Both the position numbers and the translations under genes were made by a program. A DNA stretch of 48,320 nt. Origin: an uncultured Halobacteria archaeon (lineage in GTDB: Archaea; Halobacteriota; Halobacteria; Halobacteriales; Haloferacaceae). Location of the stretch: contig CAKZQY010000013.1 in NCBI GenBank assembly GCA_937142015.1, positions 1-48,320 on the forward strand. Direction: 5' to 3'. A model generated the notes under the pieces. That model was not told the DNA's origin, did no database searches, and saw only the letters and a program-made list of their open reading frames with translations. This document shows, piece by piece, positions 1 to 9,414 of the stretch (position 1 is its first letter; every line of letters starts with the position of its first letter).

Positions 1-61
1 CCGACAGAGCGTCGGAACACTCCTCACTCACGGGAAGGCGGGGGTATGCGCTCGTCTCTCT

Positions 62-81
62 ATCACTACGCACGACCGTAT
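62..81. repeat. Terminal repeat of family B element abutting family A copy 1
   Basis: 62-83 ATCACTACGCACGACCGTATCA is the exact reverse complement of 23480-23501. Confidence 0.7.
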
Positions 82-82
82 C

Positions 83-193
83 ATAGTGATTACTGCGAGT
101 CTTTACCGCCGTGGTGACTCGTGTCGGCAATCAGAATGTCTGAGCCGTCGATTTTTCGACGCCGTCCATGAAACTATTCGCAGTAATCACTAT
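83..193. mobile_element. MITE-like element family A (111 bp), copy 1
   Basis: Perfect 16-bp terminal inverted repeat ATAGTGATTACTGCGA (83-98) / TCGCAGTAATCACTAT (178-193); near-identical second copy at 37728-37836; no credible coding capacity. Confidence 0.8.
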
Positions 194-594
194 CAGTCAC
201 TCGCGTCGTCGCCACCGACCAGCCGGTCGAGTTCCTCGAAGTACGACTCTCGGGGGACTTGGTAGGCTCCGCGGTAGTCGACCTCGCCGTCTGCGAACCG
301 TCTCGCAGTCTCGACGGCTCCCTCGACCGCCGTCGGTCGGTCGTCGAACTGCGCCGTCGTCGCCTCCACCTCCGGTTCGAGAAACAGCGTGACCTGCCAC
401 GTGTCTGTGGCACGCGCGCCAGCGCCGGGTCGCCGTCGAGGGGAGCCGTTCGAGACGTAGATCGTCGGCAGACACGCCGCCGGGAAGGCGTCCGCGTCGA
501 ACACGTCCGGTCGGTACGCGAGGATCACGCGTCCGTCTCGCTCCTCGTTCCACACGCGCCACCCTGCCGGCAAGTCGTCGGCGTCGATACTCAC
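193..594 (-). CDS. Conserved haloarchaeal hypothetical protein (DUF5820-like)
   Basis: 133-aa acidic ORF with GW.VWNEE.DGR.ILAYRPDVFD...PAACLPTIY and YQVPRE.Y motifs; family name recalled, not searched. Confidence 0.75.
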   Translation of the reverse strand: MSIDADDLPAGWRVWNEERDGRVILAYRPDVFDADAFPAACLPTIYVSNGSPRRRPGAGARATDTWQVTLFLEPEVEATTAQFDDRPTAVEGAVETARRFADGEVDYRGAYQVPRESYFEELDRLVGGDDASD

Positions 595-693
595 GGTCGC
601 CGTTGGTGCCCCGCAGACAAAATCACTGGCGACTGCGGATCGGCTGGACTGTCGTCACACGACGCCGCGTGAGCGTCCGACCCCGACGAGGCG

Positions 694-1497
694 TCACTCG
701 GCGTCGCCGAGCGAGACGCGGTCACGGTCGGATGCGACGAGCAACGAGAAGCCTCCGTCTGGAAGCGGCGAGACGACGACACGACAGCAGCGCGCCGTGC
801 CGTCACCACGGAGGCAGACACAGCCCTCACACCACTGTGGCTCGTCGGCGGCGTCGGCTGCCGCCCGGCGAAGTCGCTCCGTGACACCCTCGGGGAACAC
901 TACTGACAGTGGCTCGTCGAGGAGTGCATCCTCCCGGCGGTCGAACGTCTCACAGTACGCACGGTTCACGTAGCAGAACTGCCCGTCGTCGTCGACCACC
1001 GCGACTGGCTCGGGGCGCGTGTCGACAGCCGTCCGTGCGCGGAGCCGCTCTCGCTCCGCTCTGGCGTGCTCGACTGCGACCTCGATCCGGTCTCGCAGTG
1101 CCGTCGCGTACGTCGCCCCCGACCCGCGAACGACGTGGCCGGTGACGCCGCGCCGGAACGCCTCCCGAACGACCGCGGCGTGATCCGACGCCGACTCGTC
1201 GTGGCTCTCTCCGAGCGTCTCGTCGCCGGTCGTCACCAGCACGAACGGCAGGTGTGCGGACCGCTCGCGGACTGCGTCGAAGAGGTCGAGGGCGGTCGTC
1301 CGACCGAGGTCGTACTCCGCGACGACGCAGTCGACCTGTCCGACGAGCGACAACGCCGCCGCCGGATCGGGCGGCTCGTGGTAGCGGACCGTCGGGCCGA
1401 GCGAGTCCAACGCCCGTGCCGTCTCCGAGCCGCCGACGTACAACACCGACGGCGAGTCGGTGTCGAACTCGTGTGTGGGTGTGTGTGTTATCTCCAT
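694..1497 (-). CDS. Receiver-like domain + PAS domain protein
   Basis: VLYVG...VDCVVAEYDLG...LPFVLVT receiver-like fold followed by PAS (VAVVDDDGQFCYVNRAYCETF); ATG at 1497 preferred over the ORF start at 1563. Confidence 0.75.
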   Translation of the reverse strand: MEITHTPTHEFDTDSPSVLYVGGSETARALDSLGPTVRYHEPPDPAAALSLVGQVDCVVAEYDLGRTTALDLFDAVRERSAHLPFVLVTTGDETLGESHDESASDHAAVVREAFRRGVTGHVVRGSGATYATALRDRIEVAVEHARAERERLRARTAVDTRPEPVAVVDDDGQFCYVNRAYCETFDRREDALLDEPLSVVFPEGVTERLRRAAADAADEPQWCEGCVCLRGDGTARCCRVVVSPLPDGGFSLLVASDRDRVSLGDAE

Positions 1498-1707
1498 GAT
1501 CGTGACTCCGAACTGGTGGCTGCCGAGAAACGGCGCGACCACTGCTCTACACGAGACGTACAAGGTGCTACTCCGTCGTAAGTCTTCTGAACGACAATTC
1601 GGTTCTGTGTTAATATCTAACTATCGAGCGAGCAAACCCAGCCGGCTCGCGTTGGCGTGGCGGTGATCTCCGGTCGACGCGGGCTAGCGCGGTCGAACAG
1701 CCGAATC

Positions 1708-2025
1708 TCACTCCGGTGGCGACTCCACCCGTTCGAGGACGACTCCCTCGGCAAACTCTCCTCGTTCGGCCGCCTTCTCCGAGCGGTGTTGTTCGACCTC
1801 CGCACGACCGGTCGCGTCGACGAGCGCGTCCACCACCGCGAGCACGTCTGCGAGCTCGGCCGGGTCTCGGTCGTCGAGGTACTCCTCGGTCTCCTCGCGG
1901 AGCTTCTCCGCCAGCCGACGCTCGTAGGCGTCCCCCTCGACGCGGTGGGTGACCGGCCGTTCACCGTCCGCCTCAATCACGGCGGGAATGTCGTCCCGAA
2001 CGAGCTTGTCGTACTCGCGTGTCAC
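1708..2025 (-). CDS. MazG-like nucleoside triphosphate pyrophosphohydrolase (phosphoribosyl-ATP pyrophosphohydrolase-like)
   Basis: YDKLVRDDIP...LAEKLREETEEY...ELADVLAVVDAL...KAAERGEFAEGVVL signature; GTG start at 2025 inferred. Confidence 0.85.
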   Translation of the reverse strand: MTREYDKLVRDDIPAVIEADGERPVTHRVEGDAYERRLAEKLREETEEYLDDRDPAELADVLAVVDALVDATGRAEVEQHRSEKAAERGEFAEGVVLERVESPPE

Positions 2026-4549
2026 GGGCCACACGAGGTGATCGCCGCTGGAGAAGCTGACGGTCGACGAGATGCTGGTCGTCATCGGCACTCACTCGTC
2101 GAGGCGACTGTTCGACCACGGGACTCACTCGTTGGAGCGACTGTTCGACCACGACACCCTCGCGGGCGGCGTCCGGCACGTAGCCAGACGCCCCGTCACA
2201 CCGCGTCGGATTCCGGCAGACGGAGACGAGCGGCGACAGGCTGCGGACACGGCCGTCGCTCACGTCGACCGGGAGCTCCAGTCGGTAGCTGAACCCCGCG
2301 CCCGTTCCGTCGTCGAGGAACACGGTCAGCGTCACCGTGTCCCGGTCAGACACGGAGATGTTGTCCTGTCCGACCGGGACGACCGGTCCACGGAGTTCGA
2401 CGCGTGCGCTGTCGTCTGCGGCAGCCGTCGCGTCGAGTGTGACGGCCAACGAGAGGCGCGCGGACTCGGTGCGTCCCGCGTCGTGTGTGTAGTCGACGCC
2501 GTAGTACGCCTGTCCGTCGTCGTCACCGAGACGGACGGAGACGGACTCCGGTTCGCGTGGGACACCCAGAGACAGCGACAGGCGGAGCCGTTCTCCCTCC
2601 CGGCGGACGACCGGCTGGAGGGAGGCGTCGACCGTCGCGCCGGCCTGCGGGTTCCAGACGCCCCGCGAGACGTAGCGGAAGAGCCGTCTGTCCGGGTAAG
2701 CGTCGGCGACCGCGAACGGCCGGCCGCGCAGCGCGTACACCGTCTGGCCGTCGAAGCAGGGATCGTTGCGGAGCGGCTGGTACGGGTGGACGAGCCAGTC
2801 GCCGAACAGCCGCGGCAGGGTGACGACCGCGTCTGCCGGCGTCGACAACGCCGGGCGACCGACGCTGTCGAACGGCGGCGGCGCGTCTGTCGAAGCTGTC
2901 GGTTCGAGTGAGTCGTCGACGCCGTCACCGACACCCGGGAGGAACGGCTCGTAGGCGGACCGGTACGTCTCCGTCGCGTTCGCGTTCCGCGTCACTGGCT
3001 GTGCTGCTGCTGCCGCGCCCGCCGTCACGACTGCGACGGCGAGGAGCAGCGAGACGACCGTGTGCGCGGTGCTGTGAGAGAGTGCCCAGCCGCCGAGACC
3101 GCTCGACTGGCCGTCGGTGTCACCGTCCTCGCGGCGTCTGGTCGCCACGGCCGCCGTGGTGCGCTGTCGGAGGCGACGGAGTCCGTCGGCGGCGAACACC
3201 GCCGTCGGGACGAGCAGGTCGTAGTGGTAGTACGGCCCCAGCGAGGCGATCAACCCGTCACCGACCCGGCCGAGGTCCCCGAGCACGTTGAGATTACCCC
3301 AGAACGCCACGTTGCCGCCGATTACTGTCACCAGTGTCGCCGCGAGCAACAGGCGGTGCCGTGTGACGACCGGCGGTGGAGACTGCGCTCCTGCAGTCGA
3401 CTGCTGACCACCGTCGCTGGTGGGTCCGCGCCCCTCTCCGAAGACCCCAATAAATCCGCGCCACTCGCGGAGGATTCCGGCAGATCTCCGCCAGTCGCGG
3501 AGAAGTCCGATCAGGCCGACCGCTGCGAGCAGTGTGCCGACAGCACCGCCAGACACCCACCGTGTGAACAGCTGCCAGACGACAGCAGCGTTCGCGCGCA
3601 GCGCCAGTCCGACGGTGTAGTCGCGTTCGTACCCCAGAATCTCGCGTTCGCCGAATCCGATCCCGTCGAGCGGTGCGAACGCTTGGTACGGGAACAGGAA
3701 CGGGTCGCCCGTGACGACTGCGTTGTACCCCAGCGCGGCCGCGACACCGGCAGTCCCGCCGACGGCGGTGATCACTTGGCGGCGGAGTGTCGCGCGGTCG
3801 CGGCGCTGCCACAGCGACCAGACGGCGTGGAGGACGAACGGCGCGGCGAACAGCACCGCCGTGTACGGCCGCGAGAAGAAGGCGACCCCGACGGCGACGC
3901 CCGCGACTGCTGCCCACCGGTCGGTGACACGACGGCTCGCTCCGGCCTCGGGTCCACGGGTTTCGTCCGTCTCGGAGGTCGCCGCGCGGTCTGCACGCAC
4001 GTACGCCACGGCGAACAGGAGATTCCAGACAGTCGTGGCGGCGTACGGGAGGAAGACCCCACTGTGGATCAGGAACAGCGGGGCAGTGAGGAGGAGTGCA
4101 GCGGCGACGACGCCGCGCTGGCGGTCGAACAGCGTCGCACCGAGCGCGTAGGTGAGCGCGGTGACGGCGGCAGTGACGGCGACGAGCCCGATTCGGGGGC
4201 TGCCGAGGAGGCTCCCGAGCGCGAACGTCGCAGCCGGCACCGGTGCGTACTTCGGGTACAGTGCGCCGTCCGGGCGTTCGACGAAGAACCACGGCCGGAA
4301 CACCTCCTCGACCGGCGGACGGACGAACAACTGTCCCTCCGTCAGCATCGCCGCCTGTCCGAGGTACACGCCCTCGTCGTGGTTGATCGAGTGGAACGGG
4401 AACAGCCGCGTCGTCACGACCGTGGCGACCACTGCGGCGAGTACCGTCACCCCGACCGCCAGCCACTGCAGCCGCGTCAGTCCGAAGCGGGTGGGTGCGC
4501 GGGCTGCGGTCGAACTGTCGCCAGAATCGTCCTCACTCGGCCGGGCCAT
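1973..4549 (-). CDS. ArnT/PMT-like (GT-C fold, GT39/GT83-type) polytopic membrane glycosyltransferase with C-terminal extracellular domain
   Basis: First TM helix followed by NHDEGVY (DE motif), many TM helices, SRPYTA motif; ATG at 4549 lies 1 nt after the ATPase stop; 3' end uncertain. Confidence 0.8.
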   Translation of the reverse strand: MARPSEDDSGDSSTAARAPTRFGLTRLQWLAVGVTVLAAVVATVVTTRLFPFHSINHDEGVYLGQAAMLTEGQLFVRPPVEEVFRPWFFVERPDGALYPKYAPVPAATFALGSLLGSPRIGLVAVTAAVTALTYALGATLFDRQRGVVAAALLLTAPLFLIHSGVFLPYAATTVWNLLFAVAYVRADRAATSETDETRGPEAGASRRVTDRWAAVAGVAVGVAFFSRPYTAVLFAAPFVLHAVWSLWQRRDRATLRRQVITAVGGTAGVAAALGYNAVVTGDPFLFPYQAFAPLDGIGFGEREILGYERDYTVGLALRANAAVVWQLFTRWVSGGAVGTLLAAVGLIGLLRDWRRSAGILREWRGFIGVFGEGRGPTSDGGQQSTAGAQSPPPVVTRHRLLLAATLVTVIGGNVAFWGNLNVLGDLGRVGDGLIASLGPYYHYDLLVPTAVFAADGLRRLRQRTTAAVATRRREDGDTDGQSSGLGGWALSHSTAHTVVSLLLAVAVVTAGAAAAAQPVTRNANATETYRSAYEPFLPGVGDGVDDSLEPTASTDAPPPFDSVGRPALSTPADAVVTLPRLFGDWLVHPYQPLRNDPCFDGQTVYALRGRPFAVADAYPDRRLFRYVSRGVWNPQAGATVDASLQPVVRREGERLRLSLSLGVPREPESVSVRLGDDDGQAYYGVDYTHDAGRTESARLSLAVTLDATAAADDSARVELRGPVVPVGQDNISVSDRDTVTLTVFLDDGTGAGFSYRLELPVDVSDGRVRSLSPLVSVCRNPTRCDGASGYVPDAAREGVVVEQSLQRVSPVVEQSPRRVSADDDQHLVDRQLLQRRSPRVARDTRVRQARSGRHSRRD

Positions 4550-4550
4550 C

Positions 4551-6095
4551 TCACTTCGCGGGGTACCACGCCAGCGTGTGGTCTGCGACGAGGTCGACGC
4601 GGACGCGTCTGTCGAGTCGAAACTCGCTGGCGTGGTTGTGTTCACACCGAACCACGTCGCCACTGTCCAACTCCACCTCGTAGACGAACGACGGACCGGT
4701 GTACTCCCGCCCGACGACGACCCCGTCGCCGGACACCGTCCGTGGCGTCGTCGCTCCGCCGTCCGCACTCTGGGAAGCTCCGCCGTCCGCACTCTGGGAA
4801 GCTCCGTCTCCGCCAGCGCTCTGGCTGGCTCCGTGTCTGCCCCCGCTCGCCGTCCCGTCCCCGCCCGCACTCGCCATCCCGCTCCCGTTCTCGGTACTGT
4901 CGACCGGTCGTGCGCGGAGATCGTCCGGGCGGACGAGCACGTCGACCGCTGCGCCGTCGTAGTCGTCGGTCAGCCCTTGGAGCATGTCGGCGGTGAACGT
5001 TCCCAGCCCGGTCTCGACGCGGCCCTCGCTGAACGTTCCCGAGAGGAAGCTCGCCTGACCGATGAACTCCGCGACGAACCGCGACTCGGGGTGTTCGAAC
5101 ACCGTCTCCGGGCGGCTCACCTGCTCGATCTGGCCGTCGTCGACGACGGCGACCCGGTCGGAGATCGACAGCGCCTCCTCCTGATCGTGGGTGACGGAGA
5201 CGGCGGTGACGCCGGCGGCCTTCAGAATCCGGCGCACCTCCTCGCGCATCCGGGTGCGGAGCCGCACGTCGAGGTTCGAGAACGGCTCGTCGAGCAACAA
5301 CACGTCCGGCTCTGGGGCGAGCGACCGCGCGAGAGCAACGCGCTGGCGCTGACCGCCGGAGAGATCCTCCGGCGTCCGGTCGCCGTACTCCGAGAGCCCG
5401 ACGAGGTCCAACAGCTCCTCCACGCGTGCCTCTCGCTGGTCTGTGGGCCAGTCGTCGATCCCGAACGCGACGTTCTCCGCCACGGAGAGGTGTGGGAACA
5501 GCGCGAACTCCTGAAACACCATCCCGACGTCGCGCTCCTCTGGCGGCACTGTCCGCCCCTCCCCCGCGACTGTCTCTCCCGCGACGCGAACTGTCCCGGC
5601 AGTCGGACTGTCCAACCCGGCGATCAGCCGGAGTGTGGTCGTCTTCCCGCAGCCCGAGGGCCCGAGGAGTGTGAGCAGTTCCCCCTCGCGGACTGTCAGG
5701 TCGACCGACGAGACTGCCATCTCCGACCCGTACGCCTTCTCGACGCCGGACAGTTCGAGCACGACCGGCGCGTCTGCGTTCTCGTCTCGACCGGCGTCTG
5801 TCGACACTCGCTCGTGTCCGCCGTAACCGGCGTCTGTCGACGCTCCCTCGTGTCCGCCGTAACCGGCGTCTGTCGACGCTCTCTCGTGTCGGTCCCGACC
5901 GGCATCTGTCGACACCCGTCCGTATCTGTCCCGATCGGCCTCGGCCTCGGGGGACCAGTGGCCGTACTCTCCCTCCTCGTCACGACCCCGTTGCTCGTCG
6001 CTCTGGCTGTCGTGACCGGTCTCGTCGAGGACTCCACCGTCTGCGGCCCGGTCCTCTGTCGTGCGGTCGTCGGGAGTGGAACTGTCGTCGGTCAT
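4551..6095 (-). CDS. ABC transporter ATP-binding protein (FbpC/PotA-type, probable Fe3+)
   Basis: Walker A GPSGCGKTT, signature LSGGQRQR, Walker B LLLDEPF, C-terminal TOBE-like region; long acidic repeat-rich N-terminus. Confidence 0.92.
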   Translation of the reverse strand: MTDDSSTPDDRTTEDRAADGGVLDETGHDSQSDEQRGRDEEGEYGHWSPEAEADRDRYGRVSTDAGRDRHERASTDAGYGGHEGASTDAGYGGHERVSTDAGRDENADAPVVLELSGVEKAYGSEMAVSSVDLTVREGELLTLLGPSGCGKTTTLRLIAGLDSPTAGTVRVAGETVAGEGRTVPPEERDVGMVFQEFALFPHLSVAENVAFGIDDWPTDQREARVEELLDLVGLSEYGDRTPEDLSGGQRQRVALARSLAPEPDVLLLDEPFSNLDVRLRTRMREEVRRILKAAGVTAVSVTHDQEEALSISDRVAVVDDGQIEQVSRPETVFEHPESRFVAEFIGQASFLSGTFSEGRVETGLGTFTADMLQGLTDDYDGAAVDVLVRPDDLRARPVDSTENGSGMASAGGDGTASGGRHGASQSAGGDGASQSADGGASQSADGGATTPRTVSGDGVVVGREYTGPSFVYEVELDSGDVVRCEHNHASEFRLDRRVRVDLVADHTLAWYPAK

Positions 6096-6182
6096 GTGTA
6101 GTCAGTGCAGTCGGCCGTCGTCTGTAGTCGGTCGGTGATCCATCGTGTCCCTCACGGTTCCAGTTGGTGATCCATCGTGTCC

Positions 6183-7901
6183 TCACAGTTCCGTATTCTC
6201 GCCGCGCAACAGCAGCAGCATCGAGACGCTGGAGATGGCGACCAACACCAGCGCGGGCAGCGCCGCCTGTCCGTAGTAGCCAGCCTCCTGCACCCGCCAG
6301 ATGTAGCTGACGAGCGTGGTGAACCCGGACGGCTGGAGGATCAGCGTCGCCGGCAGCTCCTTCATCGTCGTCAGGAACACCAGCGCCGCGCCCGCCACCA
6401 GCCCCGGCGCGATCAGCGGCAGGGTGACGCGCCGGAACGCGCGACTCGGTGACTCGCCGAGTGTCCGTGCCGCGCCGATCAGCGCGCGGTCGACTCCCAT
6501 CACGGAGGAGCGTGTCGCCCCCACCGCCTGCGGGAGGAACCGAACGACGTACGCGAAGATCAACAACGGGAGTGTCTGGTACAGCCCGGGCGCGTACCGC
6601 GTGCCGAAGAAGACGAGTGCCAGCCCCAACACGACGCCCGGCATCGCGTAGCCGACGTAGGTCGGCCGCTCGATCAGCTCGCCGAGCCGGGAACTCGACC
6701 GCCCGGCGTAGTAGGCGATCGGCAACGCCGCGAGCGTGGTGACGACTGCGGCCGCCGCCGCCAGCATCGCCGAGTTGAGTCCGAACTGCCACTCGAACGC
6801 CAGTCCGCCAGCCGCGTACCCGGGCCCGGACCGCACCAGCCACAACCCGAGGATGCCGACCGGCACACCCAAGGTCACGATCACGACTCCGACCAACGAC
6901 AGTGTCACGGGCACGACCCAGTAGCCGAGTTCGATCACCGACTCCGTCGAACTGCGGGAGCCGTAGCCGTCCGCCTCCCCCGGGCCGATGCGAGACTCTA
7001 ACGCGAGGATCACTGCGGTCACGCCGAGCAGTTGCAGCGACAACAGCGTGGCGTGACTCCGCGCGAACGTGTTCAGCTCGACGAAGATCGTCCGCGTGAA
7101 CGTGTCGAAGTGCATGATCGCGGGTGTGCCGAAGTCCGACAGCGTGTACAGCGCGACCAACAGCGCTCCCGCGGTGACGCCGGGTGCGATCTGTGGCAAC
7201 ACGATCCGACGGAACGCCTCCCAGTAGCCGGTGTCGAGTGTGCGTGCCGCCTCCAGCTGTGCGGTGTCGAACGACAACAACGACGCGCGGGTCGTCAGGA
7301 ACACGTACGGGTAGACGAACGCCGTGAGCACCAGCGTCGCGCCGCCGAAGCCGTAGATCGTCGGAAACTCCGACAGTAAGACGACGCTGTCGCCGCCGAC
7401 GCCCGCGACCTGCGGGAGCTGGAACGCGACTGGCGTGAGCGCGTCCGAGAGCACGCCGCGCGGTCCGAACGCGGAGACGAACGCGAACGCGCCGACGTAG
7501 CTGGGGACGACTAACGGGAGCGCGACGGCGACGGTCCAGAACCGTCTGAACGGGAGGTCCGTCTGGACTGTCACCACCGCCAGTGGGACGCCCAAGACGA
7601 CGCTCGCCACGGTGACAGCCGCGACCAGCGCCACGCTGTTCGTGAGCACTGTCAGCGTGTTGCCGGAGGCTAACAGGTCGATCGCCTCCGTGGGGCCGAC
7701 CTCCGCAGCGCGGAGCAGGAGCCAGACCACCGGCGAGAGCACCGCTGCCGACACGGCCGCGGCCAACAGCGCGACCGCGAGTGTCGGCTCTCCGTCCTCT
7801 TCGGTCCGCAGCGTTCGACGGACCTGCTGGAGGAGGCGTCGCGGACGCTCCACGACGCGGTCGAGGGTCCCGCCGTCGGACGCGCTCCCTGCCCCCGCCA
7901 T
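6183..7901 (-). CDS. Fe3+ ABC transporter permease (FbpB/SfuB-type)
   Basis: Two EAA loops (LEAARTLDTG, IGAARTLGES), PLVVPSYVGA and LSDFGTPA motifs; ATG overlaps the binding-protein stop (TGATG). Confidence 0.9.
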   Translation of the reverse strand: MAGAGSASDGGTLDRVVERPRRLLQQVRRTLRTEEDGEPTLAVALLAAAVSAAVLSPVVWLLLRAAEVGPTEAIDLLASGNTLTVLTNSVALVAAVTVASVVLGVPLAVVTVQTDLPFRRFWTVAVALPLVVPSYVGAFAFVSAFGPRGVLSDALTPVAFQLPQVAGVGGDSVVLLSEFPTIYGFGGATLVLTAFVYPYVFLTTRASLLSFDTAQLEAARTLDTGYWEAFRRIVLPQIAPGVTAGALLVALYTLSDFGTPAIMHFDTFTRTIFVELNTFARSHATLLSLQLLGVTAVILALESRIGPGEADGYGSRSSTESVIELGYWVVPVTLSLVGVVIVTLGVPVGILGLWLVRSGPGYAAGGLAFEWQFGLNSAMLAAAAAVVTTLAALPIAYYAGRSSSRLGELIERPTYVGYAMPGVVLGLALVFFGTRYAPGLYQTLPLLIFAYVVRFLPQAVGATRSSVMGVDRALIGAARTLGESPSRAFRRVTLPLIAPGLVAGAALVFLTTMKELPATLILQPSGFTTLVSYIWRVQEAGYYGQAALPALVLVAISSVSMLLLLRGENTEL

Positions 7902-9049
7902 CAGAGCACGCCCACCTCCCGCATGAGTTCCAGCGTCGGCTGGAGGTCGGACAGCTTCGAGAGGTCGAGACTCGGCGGATTCAGGTCGTCGACACCTGGG
8001 AGCCCGCCGACCGGCGGAACGCCCTCGACTGTCGGGTAGCCGAACGTCCGGGTTGCGAAGAACTCCTGTGCCTCCGCCGACAGGAGGTGACGGACGAACG
8101 TCTCCGCCAGCTCCGACTTGTCGCTCGGCTCCAGAAGCGCCGCGCCAGCGACGTTGATCAGCGCGCCGGGGCCGCCCTTCGTGAACGCCAGATCGAGAGA
8201 GGCGTCCGGGCGCGCACTCCGCACGCGGAGCGCGTAGTAGTGGTTGGCGAAGCCGGCTCCGATCTCGCCGTCCGCGACCGCGTTGGAGGTGAGGAACTCG
8301 TCGGGGTACTCCGAGGCGGCAGACTGCATCGACTGGAGCCACTGCTTCGTCGCCGACTCACCCTCCAGAATCCGCATCGCGGTGACGAACGCCTGAAACG
8401 CCCCGTAGGTGGGAGCCCAGCCGAACCCGTTCGACACGACATCCGACCCCGGGAAGTCCATCACGGAGTCCGGCACGTCACTCGCGGAGAACGTCTCCGT
8501 GTTGTACGGGACTGCACGCGCCCGTCCGCCGGTGCCGACCCACTGGTTGTCCGGGTGGAACTCGGAGGGGACACGCTCGACTGTCTCGTCCGACAGCGAC
8601 GCCGTCAGCCCCTCGTCGGCGACGACCGACAGCGAGCCGGCGTCGACCGACCAGAACACGTCCGCCGGGGTGTTGTCGCCCTCCGTGAGCAGCTTGTTCG
8701 CCTGCTCTGCGGTGCCACCCTCGTTGGGGACCGCGGTGAAGTCGTCGTAGATCCGCTCGAACAGCGCGATCAGGTCGCGGTACAGGCCGCCCTCCCCGCC
8801 GCCGAGGTAGACGATCAGCTCTCCCGACATGTCTGGGAGGTCTGCGATGCGCGGCGCGTCGATCTCCGGGCGCGACTCCACCAGCGGCCCCGACCCGCGG
8901 AAGTCGGAGAAGGAAACCTGTCTCGCGGCGGAGTCGCCGGGGTTGTCCCGCGAACCGATTCCGCTACAGCCCGCCAACCCTGCCGTCGCTGCTGCCCCGG
9001 CCGCCGCGAGGAACCGCCGCCGCGTCCGAGATCCGTCGTCACCGTCCAT
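7901..9049 (-). CDS. Fe3+ ABC transporter substrate-binding lipoprotein (FbpA/FutA-type), Tat-exported
   Basis: TRRRFLAAAG twin-arginine signal, LAGC lipobox, TPADVFW motif and ANHYY tandem tyrosines typical of ferric-binding proteins; start at 9049 supported by an upstream TATA-like element. Confidence 0.88.
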   Translation of the reverse strand: MDGDDGSRTRRRFLAAAGAAATAGLAGCSGIGSRDNPGDSAARQVSFSDFRGSGPLVESRPEIDAPRIADLPDMSGELIVYLGGGEGGLYRDLIALFERIYDDFTAVPNEGGTAEQANKLLTEGDNTPADVFWSVDAGSLSVVADEGLTASLSDETVERVPSEFHPDNQWVGTGGRARAVPYNTETFSASDVPDSVMDFPGSDVVSNGFGWAPTYGAFQAFVTAMRILEGESATKQWLQSMQSAASEYPDEFLTSNAVADGEIGAGFANHYYALRVRSARPDASLDLAFTKGGPGALINVAGAALLEPSDKSELAETFVRHLLSAEAQEFFATRTFGYPTVEGVPPVGGLPGVDDLNPPSLDLSKLSDLQPTLELMREVGVL

Positions 9050-9056
9050 AGCGGAT

Positions 9057-9070
9057 TTAGGTACGCCTAA
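9057..9070. promoter_or_regulatory. Palindromic operator TTAGG-TACG-CCTAA (DtxR-family-like box)
   Basis: Inverted repeat between a TATA-like TTAAAT (9074-9079, minus strand) and the ATG at 9049; same motif at 10817 and 10845. Confidence 0.72.
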
Positions 9071-9246
9071 GAGATTTAACCCCTGTGGTTCCGTCCGGCT
9101 GTCGCCGGCTTCTGACCGGTCGGCTGTCGCGGTACGGTTCGCTCGACTCGTCTCGTCGGTCTCGGTCGTCGCTCGACTCGTCTCGTCTGTCGTGGATCGT
9201 GTCTCGTCTGACATCGTGTCGTGTTGTGGTGCGGTGTGTCGTTTGC

Positions 9247-9346
9247 GTGGTGTGGTGCGTCGGGTTGTGTGGTGTGGTGCGTCGGGTTGCGTGGTGTAGT
9301 GCGTCGGGTTGTGTGGTGTAGTACGTCGGGTTGTGTGGTGTGGTGC
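9247..9346. repeat. 22-bp GT-rich tandem repeat (~4.5 copies)
   Basis: Unit GTGGTGTRGTRCGTCGGGTTGY starting at 9247, 9269, 9291, 9313 and 9335. Confidence 0.9.
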
Positions 9347-9414
9347 AATCGCGGTGACAGTCACGCCAGCGGGCACGCAGCGTGTGCCACTCTCGGTTCA
9401 GCCGTCATCTCGGC

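Noticed and set aside
3062-6101. Long plus-strand ORFs (644 aa and 649 aa), and similarly 21275-23359
   Set aside because: Antisense shadows of well-supported minus-strand genes in high-GC DNA; Arg-rich with no recognisable motifs
7902-8342. Extended permease start at 8342 (likewise GT-C start 4870, VOC start 30038, HTH start 29692)
   Set aside because: These extensions overlap neighbouring genes or repeats; internal starts fit the family N-termini and stop/start coupling
9050-9376. N-terminal extension of the binding protein to 9376
   Set aside because: It is translated repeat DNA; the Tat signal, TATA-like element and operator all point to ATG 9049
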